From an uncultured Gammaproteobacteria bacterium (GTDB lineage: Bacteria > Pseudomonadota > Gammaproteobacteria > JAURND01): DNA of 64,000 nt. The notes under the pieces are model-generated. The model ran no database searches. It was not told the origin of the DNA and saw only the letters and a program-made list of their open reading frames with translations. The first letter of the stretch is position 1. Each line of letters opens with the position of its first letter. A program made the position numbers and the translations under genes. The stretch is from contig CAVQQD010000003.1 in the NCBI GenBank assembly GCA_963714975.1, forward strand, positions 64,001 to 128,000, written 5' to 3'. Shown in pieces: positions 41,701 to 52,666 of this stretch.

Positions 41701-44700
41701 TAGCGTACCTGTTGAGTACAGTATTGGCGCAAGATGAGGGTGATTTCGCCGTTTATTCCCGGGTAAGAAATCAGTTACAACCATGGACGACAAAAGATCC
41801 CAAGACTGTTGGCGATGTCTTGCTTGAGTTAGAAAAATTTAATCCTCAGCCCATGGGGCGAGATGCTGGATATGCAGCGAAATTATTATCCATTTGGTTC
41901 AAAGGCGAGGACTCGGTTTGTGAGGCGATGAGGGCAAAAGATGCTACTAGTTTTAGAAAAATTAGGGCAGAAGCGATCGAAGTAGCAAATCAACGAGATG
42001 ACTCCGTGCAGTTAAATAAATTCGTTAATCTGCTCACTCAGGAGCAACCATCTGAGGCTGCAAAATTAATAGTGCAACTAAGTCAACGAGATGTTGCATT
42101 GGCGGCAAAATTGTTTCTCCAGTTAACCTATAAACCGGGTGTAGATATTCTTTCCGAATCAGGAATAATTGGTTCATTGCGTAAGGAAGCTGGGGAACAA
42201 TATCCAAAAATTAAGCAGCAAAGTATCGAGCAATATCGACAGACTGTGAGAGAAAGTAAAGATAGGGTTGAGGAATTGGGAGTTACTCCTACCTGGCTAT
42301 TACCCCAGGCTGCAGAATTTTTCCCAGAAGAGGTTGATGCACCTTTGAGAGTACAGCTGAGAGCACAGTTCCCTCGTGCGTATTATAAAATTCACTTGCA
42401 TTTTATCTGTACTCTCTCGGATTCGGGAATGAAGGAGGAAATCAATAAAGTTCTGAAAGATGCGAATAACCCTTATGTCCATGAGGCATTGCGGGAGTTG
42501 ATCAAATTCTTCCCCCAACGAGCAGCTTCCTTGATCCACGCTGCTTTACAGGATAAGCAGGCACGTGGTGATAATTTTCCAAGAATTCTTTCCGTGCTGC
42601 AGGAACTTTGTCAGGAACCTGAGGGCAATACCCAAGTAGCTAAGTTGCTGCTCAAATTGGGTTATTCTGTTAATGATGCAAGTTATCCTGCCGCCTTTTT
42701 GGCGCATTGGGGAGAGGGAAGTGAGGGGGTACGTAACGCAATAAAGACGCAAGATCCTGCTGCAAGTCAAATCATTACTCAGCGGGCGAAGAGCAGTTTT
42801 GCCTATGCTATCCGAGAAACAAAAGCAGTTACTGTGGAATTTTTAGGTGAGGCACATAGTGATTTTGTCCCCAAAGTAGCTGATTTTGTGCAAACTCATG
42901 CTGATATGCGAGATTCTTTGCACCAACGCTATCCACAGCGTTTTCCTGCAGTAGAATTGTATCGATTAAGTAAGACGCAATGGACCGATTCGACTGAGAT
43001 TGAGTCTTTACATACTTTATTTCCGACGGAAGAAAAAAATATTACGGGCTCTAGTCATCCTGATTTATTTCCGACGGAAGAAAAAGACACTACGGGCTCT
43101 ACTGATGCAGCAACTGCTTTAATTTTCTTGGCAAAACATCATCCTAAGCAAGCAGAAGCTTTAATCTCCCGGCTAAGTTATAGTACCAACGACCTAGCTA
43201 AGCCTATCATGCAGAAGATTCTGACTCGTGTGGGTCAACAGGACTTAAGAGTTTTACAGCAATTAAAGAACTATGTTCCAGCGGAAAAGAGAAGTTATTT
43301 TGGCGTTACAGCTTATAAACTAGAATTGTCTCAGCTGCCTCGTGCCAGTTATCCTCCAGACGAGGCTCCCGGCTTCCCTCAAAGCAATGAAGAATTTAAC
43401 CAGGCATTGGCAGAGCTAATCAAGGAGAATCCAAAGGAAGCTATCAGTGTATGCAAACTTGCCATGAGAGTTGAGCCTCCCCAGGTTAACGAAAATTCAC
43501 CGATCTTAGTTGCTGCTTTAAAAGAACTGTCACGGCAAGTGCAAGGTGAAACGCTTGTCGCCAAATTTTTGGTAGCTTATCAAGATCAGGTAAGCGGACG
43601 TAATTATGAAAAAACCGCAACATTTTTGGCTCTTTGGGGCGAGGGTAATGAGCGTATTCGTGCCGCCATTAGAATAGAAGATGCTTACGCTTATCAAGCC
43701 ATATTGGAAGAAGAGCCGGAAAGACTGCAGAGAATACTTTCGGAAGGTACAGATGAATCTAACTTCGATTCCCAAGTTTCGCTGCTAGGTTCCACGAATA
43801 TAGTGCATTTGCCATTTGTGGTTGATGCGCTGATGGAAGGTATAAACAAACCAATCTACAGAGAAATGTACCACGCTGGTTCTAGTAATGTCCCTAAAGA
43901 TTTAGCTGAACAAGAACTAAACGCATTGAAAGAGGACTATCCGCAACGTTGTATTGAAGTCATCTTGTATAGTCTTGCTGTGTGTAAAAGTAAAACAGAT
44001 TCTCCAGCTAAAAATGCCCATACGTTCCTGAAACAGTTCGATATGCCAGAACATAAAGATTTCTCTACAAGCGAAAACAATCCAGCTGTTGACCCGGTAA
44101 GTGCCGCGATAGCTAACCTCACTCTGTATTACCCTGAGGAGATGCTGAAGTTGGTGAAGCAAAGAAGCCTCATATCCGAGGACCCGATATTGCTGAATTT
44201 AATAATCAAAGGTCCCAGAGAAGTAGGTGCATTAGTTAATAAAATTTTTTTAGAGGAAGACCAGCCCCGTAGACACAAAAATTTATTACACTTGACGGGG
44301 ATATTGAGAAACTTAGTGCAGCAATCGCCGGAAAACGCTCGACCTGTAGCTATTTTCTTACTGAACCTAGAGATAAAGAGTTCAAATGCGGCGACGATTT
44401 TGACCTACTGGGGAAGAAGCAGCCAAAAAGTTTGGAAATTTTTACAAGAACAAAATCCCCATTTATATGAAGTAATTCAGAAAAAACATGAAGAACTTTG
44501 GAAACAACATGAACAAAGGATATTCAAAAAGTTAGAGACAATGGAACCAGAGCAAGCAGGAGTTTTTAGTGGGGAATTTTTGGATAAAGCATCTATTGAG
44601 TTTTTACCTCAAGCGGCTGCTTGTGTGCAAAGGGATGCAACTTTGAAAGATGATTTGCGAATATACTATCCGCAACGCTATGCTGAAATAGAATTGTATC

Positions 44701-45179
44701 GATTAAGTCAGAAAAACTTAAGTGATCCGGGTGCAATCGAGCACTTAGATGCTTTATTTCCGGCGGAAATAAAGCATACCCAAGATATCCTTTGTTCTAA
44801 TAATGCAGCAGCTGCTTTAATCGCTATTCAAAAACACTATCCCAAGCAAGCGGAAGATTTAATAGTTCGACTAAGCCATAGCACCCAGCACCTGGCTAAG
44901 CCTATCATGCAGAATATTTTGGAAAGTGTGGCTCAACGGGATTCAGGAGTTTTACAGCAACTAAAGAACTATATTCCAGCGGAAAAAAGGAAGGATTTTG
45001 ATTTGCAATCCGCACCACAGGGAGCATTTACACACTTCGGGGCCCGATCGCCTAACGAGACACCGTCGTCTCAGGTTCTTATTGATCGGAGGCAGTCGTC
45101 TATAGACGGTAACGATAGAAAGCCGCGAAGTAACAAAATCAATGTTTCTTATACTTCTTTCGATATAGTAATTCGGTAA
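38703..45179 (+). CDS. 2158-aa helical-repeat protein with a TM pair; putative effector
   Basis: Long uninterrupted ORF; hydrophobic pair near aa 550-610; internal repeats; no recognisable catalytic motif. Confidence 0.75.
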   Translation: MGTQTTEVQLTEWKKQLSALEKMIDADGNLLDPAAVNTFKEQGRAFLNLWTDLNGQSKESEQLMQKEGGWATLSICRYWAEYVKHEYAGANDKEPWKQTCVFFRDWFEYVGHTDQNDQTYLKAKEAVDTATDAMGLPKSESTVSETTSFTSPSNSLPFEKKNLTHEEFPDPNQETKKTRPKTVLEELAAFSLQLAKLETLVNERKSVANFDQVFSEQWEVFTAEYRQWQMSPREKETLLESKPQREDLENRANKIAPFYYPAQLQAILKEYKEYKAEYKKALEQQSPIPTDFVGRKTELQGRFADIRGDLDTVGKSLGRQFDAPMYTPVRKLCESVEVTLFLNDIDSQGHSVNERKIYHSLTQEVQILENFIDNRGKIPEAQQSEFIQGAKTFLPKINLYRNLWNDKDRPRIVNELIHRVHTIQLHYYMLYMRNISGPPTNTNPEGQKALEAFKECWNQLSQEERNQSKYESVRSFISQRQLFPLEEVKVTEQKKEVEEVKEWKVDVSAQSANPPLSINALRDINKSIEVLEAKEAWSSEAGSASGVLKKVIPTLGFSTLAILALIDPTKTKGTAIGLGTNSVNWVQENPMNTMFFAGVLLLGLLIYRKYSKWNENSNIKSAQKEIATEASWFNLQTPLPTLADTLGELLQQDHQEAKLKEAKQDPREATQYTRKAGDIVRGAAENGVELTKVVSVIQSLALRQGAILAAQALLRLSKAAGDPDKGLEITAEILTNLEYRDKTNWSIRDNLRQLDPKHYAKIRTKCIDKLQAETSSQRVFIPAEFAIRRVKPSYDIPQLLEHAHPSLLPEVVRIVDRIDGGWRQGPFDTNSLYGALHLYELQGSNQAIFNEINAHLSDPHRAGSEALQRLILGCPEQAAHLLGVALGHQQPQNPAPTLLDKIAACLLDVSTRSGVNESVARLLLVLSDSNPVSVTTFLTAWGPKGDSIRAAMQVQDPERSQRIDQRVEEATAKFLATVAPQETLENTFNSLIRSKKSAELAYLLSTVLAQDEGDFAVYSRVRNQLQPWTTKDPKTVGDVLLELEKFNPQPMGRDAGYAAKLLSIWFKGEDSVCEAMRAKDATSFRKIRAEAIEVANQRDDSVQLNKFVNLLTQEQPSEAAKLIVQLSQRDVALAAKLFLQLTYKPGVDILSESGIIGSLRKEAGEQYPKIKQQSIEQYRQTVRESKDRVEELGVTPTWLLPQAAEFFPEEVDAPLRVQLRAQFPRAYYKIHLHFICTLSDSGMKEEINKVLKDANNPYVHEALRELIKFFPQRAASLIHAALQDKQARGDNFPRILSVLQELCQEPEGNTQVAKLLLKLGYSVNDASYPAAFLAHWGEGSEGVRNAIKTQDPAASQIITQRAKSSFAYAIRETKAVTVEFLGEAHSDFVPKVADFVQTHADMRDSLHQRYPQRFPAVELYRLSKTQWTDSTEIESLHTLFPTEEKNITGSSHPDLFPTEEKDTTGSTDAATALIFLAKHHPKQAEALISRLSYSTNDLAKPIMQKILTRVGQQDLRVLQQLKNYVPAEKRSYFGVTAYKLELSQLPRASYPPDEAPGFPQSNEEFNQALAELIKENPKEAISVCKLAMRVEPPQVNENSPILVAALKELSRQVQGETLVAKFLVAYQDQVSGRNYEKTATFLALWGEGNERIRAAIRIEDAYAYQAILEEEPERLQRILSEGTDESNFDSQVSLLGSTNIVHLPFVVDALMEGINKPIYREMYHAGSSNVPKDLAEQELNALKEDYPQRCIEVILYSLAVCKSKTDSPAKNAHTFLKQFDMPEHKDFSTSENNPAVDPVSAAIANLTLYYPEEMLKLVKQRSLISEDPILLNLIIKGPREVGALVNKIFLEEDQPRRHKNLLHLTGILRNLVQQSPENARPVAIFLLNLEIKSSNAATILTYWGRSSQKVWKFLQEQNPHLYEVIQKKHEELWKQHEQRIFKKLETMEPEQAGVFSGEFLDKASIEFLPQAAACVQRDATLKDDLRIYYPQRYAEIELYRLSQKNLSDPGAIEHLDALFPAEIKHTQDILCSNNAAAALIAIQKHYPKQAEDLIVRLSHSTQHLAKPIMQNILESVAQRDSGVLQQLKNYIPAEKRKDFDLQSAPQGAFTHFGARSPNETPSSQVLIDRRQSSIDGNDRKPRSNKINVSYTSFDIVIR

Positions 45180-45311
45180 TCATTCACCAGCTTTGTGCGT
45201 AAAAATTCTTCTCCCCTTGTGGGAGAAGGTGCCGAAGGCGGATGAGGGGTAAACTTGAAATCAGCAAGGAGCATTTTATTAGCTAATGCTAACTGCTGCT
45301 TACCCCTCACC
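45176..45311 (-). mobile_element. MITE family 1, partial, inverted; its TIR supplies the TAA stop of the 2158-aa gene
   Basis: gTAAtcattcacca begins at 45176. Confidence 0.8.
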
Positions 45312-45338
45312 AGTTTATTTTAATCTAGCAATTGTTTT

Positions 45339-46256
45339 TTATGACAATTTATCTCCGGACAGGTTTCTAATCTCATTTAACGACAAATCCATCAGCCCGG
45401 CAATTTCTTCTAGCGTTAAACCTTTAGCCTGTAACTTGTGTACCAAGGCTTGTTGGGTTTGAAAGCTACCTTCCTCTCGCCCCTTTTCTTGGCCGATCAC
45501 TATGCCTTTCTCTAAACCAATCACTTCCCCCTGTGCCATTCCGCTCCGATGGGCAGCATTTACCAAGGTTTTTTCAATACTAATGGCATCCCAATAGCGA
45601 TCATAGTCTTCCAGTTCAGCCGGTGTATAGGCGGCTTCTTCCGCCAGGTCGAGGGCTAGTTTAATTTCAGGTTCCTCCAGCCAATCGCTAGGGGCTTGGT
45701 TAACTTTTTCATTTAGCTCTGACAAAAAACGCAGCCACAGCACTTTCAGTTTTTTCTCCGGATAATTTTTGGCTTTGAATTTAGGCAGCTCAATAAATAC
45801 TAATTGTAAATCTTTAATCTCAACCACAGGCTTTTGCACATTCACAATTTTATAGTGATGGTACCAATGCTCTTCATCAGGATCGAAGGTCGTGTTAATC
45901 AGACCCAGCCCATACACTGGTCGTAGTAATTCGTAGTCTTCTCCTTTTTCTAATTGCCGTATATAAGCTTTGCTGACGTTAAATAACAGACGTTGTTTAA
46001 AGCTATCCGTCCATTGGATTTGCATTTCCACAATAAACACTCGACCTTGCTCATCAGTACACTTCACATCTACCACAGTGTATTTAAAGGCAGGAATTGT
46101 GGGCACTTGTTCACTAGGTAAGTACTCTAGTCTGTCGATTAACCCTTTTTCAGGCAGCGGCAAGATTGAGTTAAGAAAGCTTTTGAGTAGTTCAGGATGT
46201 TCGCCAAAAATTTTTTTAAAAACAATATCGGTTTTAGGATCTAGGTAGCGTGGCAT
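45339..46256 (-). CDS. Rpn-family / PD-(D/E)XK nuclease (PDDEXK_2), array copy 4
   Basis: YLDPKTDIVFKKIFG, VVDVKC.D..G..FIVEMQ, FIELPKF, G.EEG repeats, C-terminal HTH. Confidence 0.92.
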   Translation of the reverse strand: MPRYLDPKTDIVFKKIFGEHPELLKSFLNSILPLPEKGLIDRLEYLPSEQVPTIPAFKYTVVDVKCTDEQGRVFIVEMQIQWTDSFKQRLLFNVSKAYIRQLEKGEDYELLRPVYGLGLINTTFDPDEEHWYHHYKIVNVQKPVVEIKDLQLVFIELPKFKAKNYPEKKLKVLWLRFLSELNEKVNQAPSDWLEEPEIKLALDLAEEAAYTPAELEDYDRYWDAISIEKTLVNAAHRSGMAQGEVIGLEKGIVIGQEKGREEGSFQTQQALVHKLQAKGLTLEEIAGLMDLSLNEIRNLSGDKLS

Positions 46257-46271
46257 AGAGTTTCTCCGGTA

Positions 46272-47197
46272 CTAAAGTTTATCTTGAGACAAGTTTCTGA
46301 CCTCATTTAACGACAGATCCATCAACCCGGCAATTTCTTCTAGCGTCAAACCTTTAGCCATTAACGTGTGTACCAAGGCTTGCTGGGTTTTAAAGCTACC
46401 TTCTCCACGCCCCTCCTCTCGCCCTTTTTCTTGGCCGATCACTATGCCTTTCTCTAAACCAATCACTTCCCCCTGTGCCATTCCGCTCCGATGGGCAGCA
46501 TTTACCAAGGTTTTTTCCACACTAACGGCATCCCAATAGCGATCATAGTCTTCCAGTTCGGCTGGTGTATAGGCGGCTTCTTCCGCCAGGTCGAGGGCTA
46601 GTTTAATTTCAGGTTCCTCCAGCCAATCGCTAGGGGCTTGGTTAACATTTCATTTAGCTCTGACAAAAAACGCAGCCACAGCACTTTCAGTTTTTTCTCC
46701 GGATAATTTTTGGCTTTGAATTTAGGCAGCTCAATAAATACTAATTGTAAATCTTTAATCTCAACCACAGGCTTTTGCACATTCACAATTTTATAGTGAT
46801 GGTACCAATGCTCTTCATCAGGATCGAAGGTCGTATTAATCAGACCCAGCCCATACACTGGCCGTAGTAATTCGTAGTCTTCTCCTTTTTCTAATTGACG
46901 TATATAAGCTTTGCTGACGTTAAATAACAGACGTTGTTTAAAGCTATCCGTCCATTGGATTTGCATTTCCACAATAAACACTCGACCTTGCTCATCAGTA
47001 CACTTCACATCTACCACGGTGTATTTAAAGGCAGGAATTGTGGGCACTTGTTCACTAGGTAAGTACTCTAGTCTGTCGATTAAACCTTTTTCAGGCAGCG
47101 GCAAGATTGAGTTAAGAAAGCTTTTGAGTAGTTCAGGATGTTCGCCAAAAATTTTTTTAAAAACAATATCAGTTTTAGGATCTAGGTAGCGTGGCAT
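46272..47197 (-). pseudogene. Rpn-family nuclease, array copy 3, 1-bp frameshift near 46647
   Basis: ggttaac-attt-cat here versus ggttaac-ttttt-cat in the three other copies. Confidence 0.8.
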
Positions 47198-47212
47198 AGA
47201 GTTTCTCCGGTA

Positions 47213-48175
47213 CTAAAGTTTATCTTGAGACAGGTTTCTGACCTCATTTAACGACAAATCCATCAGCTCGGCAATTTTTTCTAGCGTCAAACCTTTAGCC
47301 ATTAACTTGTGTACCAAGGCTTGTTGGGTTTGAAAGCTACCTTCCTCTCGCCCCTTTCCTTGGCCGATCACAATACCTTCTCCACGCCCCTCCTCTCGCC
47401 CTTTTTCTTGGCCGATCACTATGCCTTTCTCTAAACCAATCACTTCCCCCTGTGCCATTCCGCTCCGATGGGCAGCATTTACCAAGGTTTTTTCCACACT
47501 AACGGCATCCCAATAGCGATCATAGTCTTCCAGTTCGGCTGGTGTATAGGCGGCTTCTTCCGCTAAATCGAGTGCTAGTTTAATTTCAGGTTCCTCCAGC
47601 CAGTCGCTAGGGGCTTGGTTAACTTTTTCATTTAGCTCTGACAAAAAACGCAGCCACAGCACTTTCAGTTTTTTCTCTGGATAATTTTTGGCTTTGAATT
47701 TAGGCAGCTCAATAAATACTAATTGTAAATCTTTAATCTCAACCACAGGCTTTTGCACATTCACAATTTTATAGTGATGGTACCAATGCTCTTCATCAGG
47801 ATCGAAGGTCGTGTTAATCAGACCCAGCCCATACACTGGTCGTAGTAATTCGTAGTCTTCTCCTTTTTCTAATTGCCGTATATAAGCTTTGCTGACGTTA
47901 AATAACAGACGTTGTTTAAAGCTATCCGTCCATTGGATTTGCATTTCCACAATAAACACTCGACCTTGCTCATCAGTACACTTCACATCTACCACAGTGT
48001 ATTTAAAGGCAGGAATTGTGGGCACTTGTTCACTAGGTAAGTACTCTAGTCTGTCGATTAACCCTTTTTCAGGCAGCGGCAAGATTGAGTTAAGAAAGCT
48101 TTTGAGTAGTTCAGGATGTTCGCCAAAAATTTTTTTAAAAACAATATCAGTTTTAGGATCTAGGTAGCGTGGCAT
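47213..48175 (-). CDS. Rpn-family nuclease, array copy 2 (320 aa)
   Basis: Same motifs as copy 4; longest repeat tract. Confidence 0.92.
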   Translation of the reverse strand: MPRYLDPKTDIVFKKIFGEHPELLKSFLNSILPLPEKGLIDRLEYLPSEQVPTIPAFKYTVVDVKCTDEQGRVFIVEMQIQWTDSFKQRLLFNVSKAYIRQLEKGEDYELLRPVYGLGLINTTFDPDEEHWYHHYKIVNVQKPVVEIKDLQLVFIELPKFKAKNYPEKKLKVLWLRFLSELNEKVNQAPSDWLEEPEIKLALDLAEEAAYTPAELEDYDRYWDAVSVEKTLVNAAHRSGMAQGEVIGLEKGIVIGQEKGREEGRGEGIVIGQGKGREEGSFQTQQALVHKLMAKGLTLEKIAELMDLSLNEVRNLSQDKL

Positions 48176-48190
48176 AGAGTTTCTCCGGTA

Positions 48191-49093
48191 CTAAAGTTTA
48201 TCTTGAGACAAGTTTCTGACCTCATTTAACGACAAATCCATCAACCCGGCAATTTCTTCTAGCGTCAAACCTTTAGCCATTAACTTGTGTACCAAGGCTT
48301 GCTGGGTTTTAAAGCTACTTTCTTCACGCCCAATTCCTTTGCCTTTTTCCAGGCCAATCACTTCCCCCTCTGCCATTCCGCTCCGATGGGCAGCATTTAC
48401 CAAGGTTTTTTCCACACTAACGGCATCCCAATAGCGATCATAGTCTTCCAGTTCGGCTGGTGTATAGGCGGCTTCTTCAGCCAAATCGAGTGCTAGTTTA
48501 ATTTCAGGTTCCTCCAGCCAATCGCTAGGGGCTTGGTTAACTTTTTCATTTAGCTCTGACAAAAAACGCAGCCACAGCACTTTCAGTTTTTTCTCCGGAT
48601 AATTTTTGGCTTTGAATTTAGGCAGCTCAATAAATACTAATTGTAAATCTTTAATCTCAACCACAGGCTTTTGCACATTCACAATTTTATAGTGATGGTA
48701 CCAATGCTCTTCATCAGGATCGAAGGTCGTGTTAATCAGACCCAGCCCATACACTGGCCGTAGTAATTCGTAGTCTTCTCCTTTTTCTAATTGGCGCACA
48801 TAGGCTTTGCTGACGTTAAATAACAGACGTTGTTTAAAGCTATCCGTCCATTGGAGCTGCATTTCCACGATAAACACTCGACCTTGCTCATCAGTACACT
48901 TCACATCTACCACAGTGTATTTAAAGGCAGGAATTGTGGGCACTTGTTCACTAGGTAAGTACTCTAGTCTGTCGATTAAACCTTTTTCAGGCAGCGGCAA
49001 GATTGAGTTAAGAAAGCTTTTGAGTAGTTCAGGATGTTCGCCAAAAATTTTTTTAAAAACAATATCGGTTTTAGGATCTAGGTAGCGTGGCAT
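48191..49093 (-). CDS. Rpn-family nuclease, array copy 1 (300 aa)
   Basis: Start reset to MPRY (RBS GGAGA as in the other copies); shortest repeat tract. Confidence 0.92.
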   Translation of the reverse strand: MPRYLDPKTDIVFKKIFGEHPELLKSFLNSILPLPEKGLIDRLEYLPSEQVPTIPAFKYTVVDVKCTDEQGRVFIVEMQLQWTDSFKQRLLFNVSKAYVRQLEKGEDYELLRPVYGLGLINTTFDPDEEHWYHHYKIVNVQKPVVEIKDLQLVFIELPKFKAKNYPEKKLKVLWLRFLSELNEKVNQAPSDWLEEPEIKLALDLAEEAAYTPAELEDYDRYWDAVSVEKTLVNAAHRSGMAEGEVIGLEKGKGIGREESSFKTQQALVHKLMAKGLTLEEIAGLMDLSLNEVRNLSQDKL

Positions 49094-49279
49094 AGAGTTT
49101 CTCCGGTGATGTAACAACCCAACCATAGCAAAATGCTTTTGACTGAGCAATACAGTATAGTATCCGATACAGAGCAGCCTCATTAAAGTTAAGCTTACTT
49201 GTTTAGGGCTCAGCCATCTCGGTGAACATGCAAATTTCACTGCTGTAGTGTGGGGGGGCGAGGCAAGACGCAGCTGAAG

Positions 49280-49372
49280 GGGTGACGTGGAGGCGGGGAG
49301 ACCCATCGCGCGCCCCGACGGGTGCCGCAGCGGCAGGCCCCGTCGGGGATCAGGGCATCAGCGGGAATTGCT
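49280..49372 (+). repeat. ~93-bp direct repeat, left of the IS remnant (MITE family 2, right part)
   Basis: Matches 50943-51036 apart from one indel; ends AGCGGGAATTGCT. Confidence 0.9.
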
Positions 49373-49379
49373 CTTTGCT

Positions 49380-50913
49380 CAGCAATTCCCGGTGAATTAA
49401 AATCGCCTTAATTTTCGCAGTAGCGAGACTGTGAAATAAATTTTTGTACAATGTGCATTTTCTTGAATGGTATTCCATCCCCTCAGTTTTATAAGGAAAT
49501 GGCACATTGCTAAAAAAACATTTAAATTCAACAGCTTAAGACAAAAAGCGTCAGAAACATTCCAAAAAGTACCTGATTGGCGACAACAGTCTAAGGTCGC
49601 TATTAGCATCCATGATGCTATGCTAAGTGGTTTAGCGTGCATGTACTTCAGGATTCTTCGTTATTACAGTTCAAAAGCGCTTACAGGAAGAACAACATCG
49701 TAATAATCTGACACAGCTGTTTAAGGTGGAGGCGATTCCTAAAGAAAGCCAAATGCGTGAGATCATAGATGAGGTCGACAGTGAGTATTTTCGCCCAATA
49801 TTCAAGACTTCTATTTGCGCTTACAACGAGGTAAACATTTAGAACAATTTCAAATTTTTCCAAGCATGTATTATTTTCCAATAGATGGATCACAATTTTT
49901 TAGTTCTGAAGAAATCAGCTGCGATCAATGCCTGACGAAAGAGCACAGTTCTGGAAAAAAAAGTTATTCCCACCAGGTGCTCCAAGGCGGCATCATGCAT
50001 CCAGACTGTGCCCAAGTAATTCCATTTATGCCAGAGCAAATTGTGAACCTAGATGGTCCAAATAAACAAGATTGTGAAATGAATGCTGCCAAACGATTTA
50101 TAAAAAAGTTACGCGCAAGTTTTCCGCAATTAGGTTTATTGATAGGTGGAGATGCGTTATTTTCTAAACAACCGATTATTGAAGAAACTTTGAGGCATAA
50201 TATGCATTATTATTGCAGCCAAACCTGCTGATCATAAATATATGATGGATTGGCTTGCCGCGTATGATCAATTGCATGAAATAGTATTACTGACGAAAAA
50301 GGAAGACATCATCACTATGAATGGATGAATGATGTTCCATTACACGGCAGTAAAGAAAGTATTCGGGTTAATTATTGCGCTGTACTATCCGCGCTGAAAA
50401 TAAAAAAGGGGAAGATGAAATTGTCTATAAAAACGCCTGGGTTAGTGATATTTGATATCTACACAGAATATAAAGACACTGGTTGCGGCAGGGCGCTGTC
50501 GCTGGAAAAATGAAAATGAGTGCTCAATGTTATGAAGAACCATGGCTACTGTATGGAGCACAATTACGGACATGGTATAAAGCATTAGCGTTCAATTTTA
50601 TTATTGACCTTATTGGCATTCGTTGCATCAAATTTGAATTAACCAACAGAAATCAAGCCTGCAGGAAAAAATTGGGCAGTAAGAAGCATTGGGAACATGT
50701 GGTTACATCAAGATTATTGTTTTTGACACATGGGAATCGCTACTTGAATTTGTGCTTTCTCCTCTCGTATGGTTTATTGCCATTAAGTGATACTGGATAA
50801 TGAAAGATGGTTTTAGAAATATGTACGCTATTCATTGATTGTCATTGATCCGTGTTAATTCAGCCCAAAAACAATAAGAATTGAGAGGAAATCGCAAAAT
50901 CAGGAGTGGGAGT
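49380..50913 (+). mobile_element. Degraded DDE transposase IS (ISNCY/IS4-like), many single-base indels
   Basis: Fragments PDWRQQSK..SIHDAMLSGLACM, PIDGSQFFSS..I.C.QCL, KQDCEMNAAKR, GDALFS; left end CAGCAATTCCCG. Right boundary uncertain. Confidence 0.75.
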
Positions 50914-51037
50914 CAACAATTCCGCTCTGAGCCATTGACGACGGGTGACGTGGAGGCGGGGAGACCCATCGCGCGCCCCGACGGGTGCCGCAGCGGCAGG
51001 ACCCCGTCGGGGATCAGGGCATCAGCGGGAATTGCTG
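50914..51037 (+). mobile_element. MITE family 2 (TIR ~CAGCAATTCCCGCT)
   Basis: caacaattccgct...agcgggaattgctg; contains the GGGTGAC/GGCAGGACCC core. Confidence 0.75.
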
Positions 51038-51054
51038 CTTTTTGCTAGGCGGGC

Positions 51055-51083
51055 TTGCGGTGTCCAAAGAATCAGCTTATACT
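51055..51083 (+). promoter_or_regulatory. Sigma70 promoter of the atp operon
   Basis: TTGCGG-17 nt-TATACT, 30 nt before the atpI GTG. Confidence 0.6.
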
Positions 51084-51113
51084 CCCGCCACTGTATTTGG
51101 AGCGGGAAAAAGT

Positions 51114-52285
<1,172 letters not shown>

Positions 52286-52353
52286 AGGCTGTTACAATTC
52301 TACTATGCTGGCGAATTGTAAGCAGCCTCTGGGTAGCTAATTTAATAACATAG

Positions 52354-52665
<312 letters not shown>

Positions 52666-52666
52666 G

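Noticed and set aside
45339-49093. CRISPR-like or integron-like array
   Set aside because: The repeated units are whole ~0.9-kb genes joined by a constant spacer; there are no unique spacers, cas genes, attC sites or integrase.
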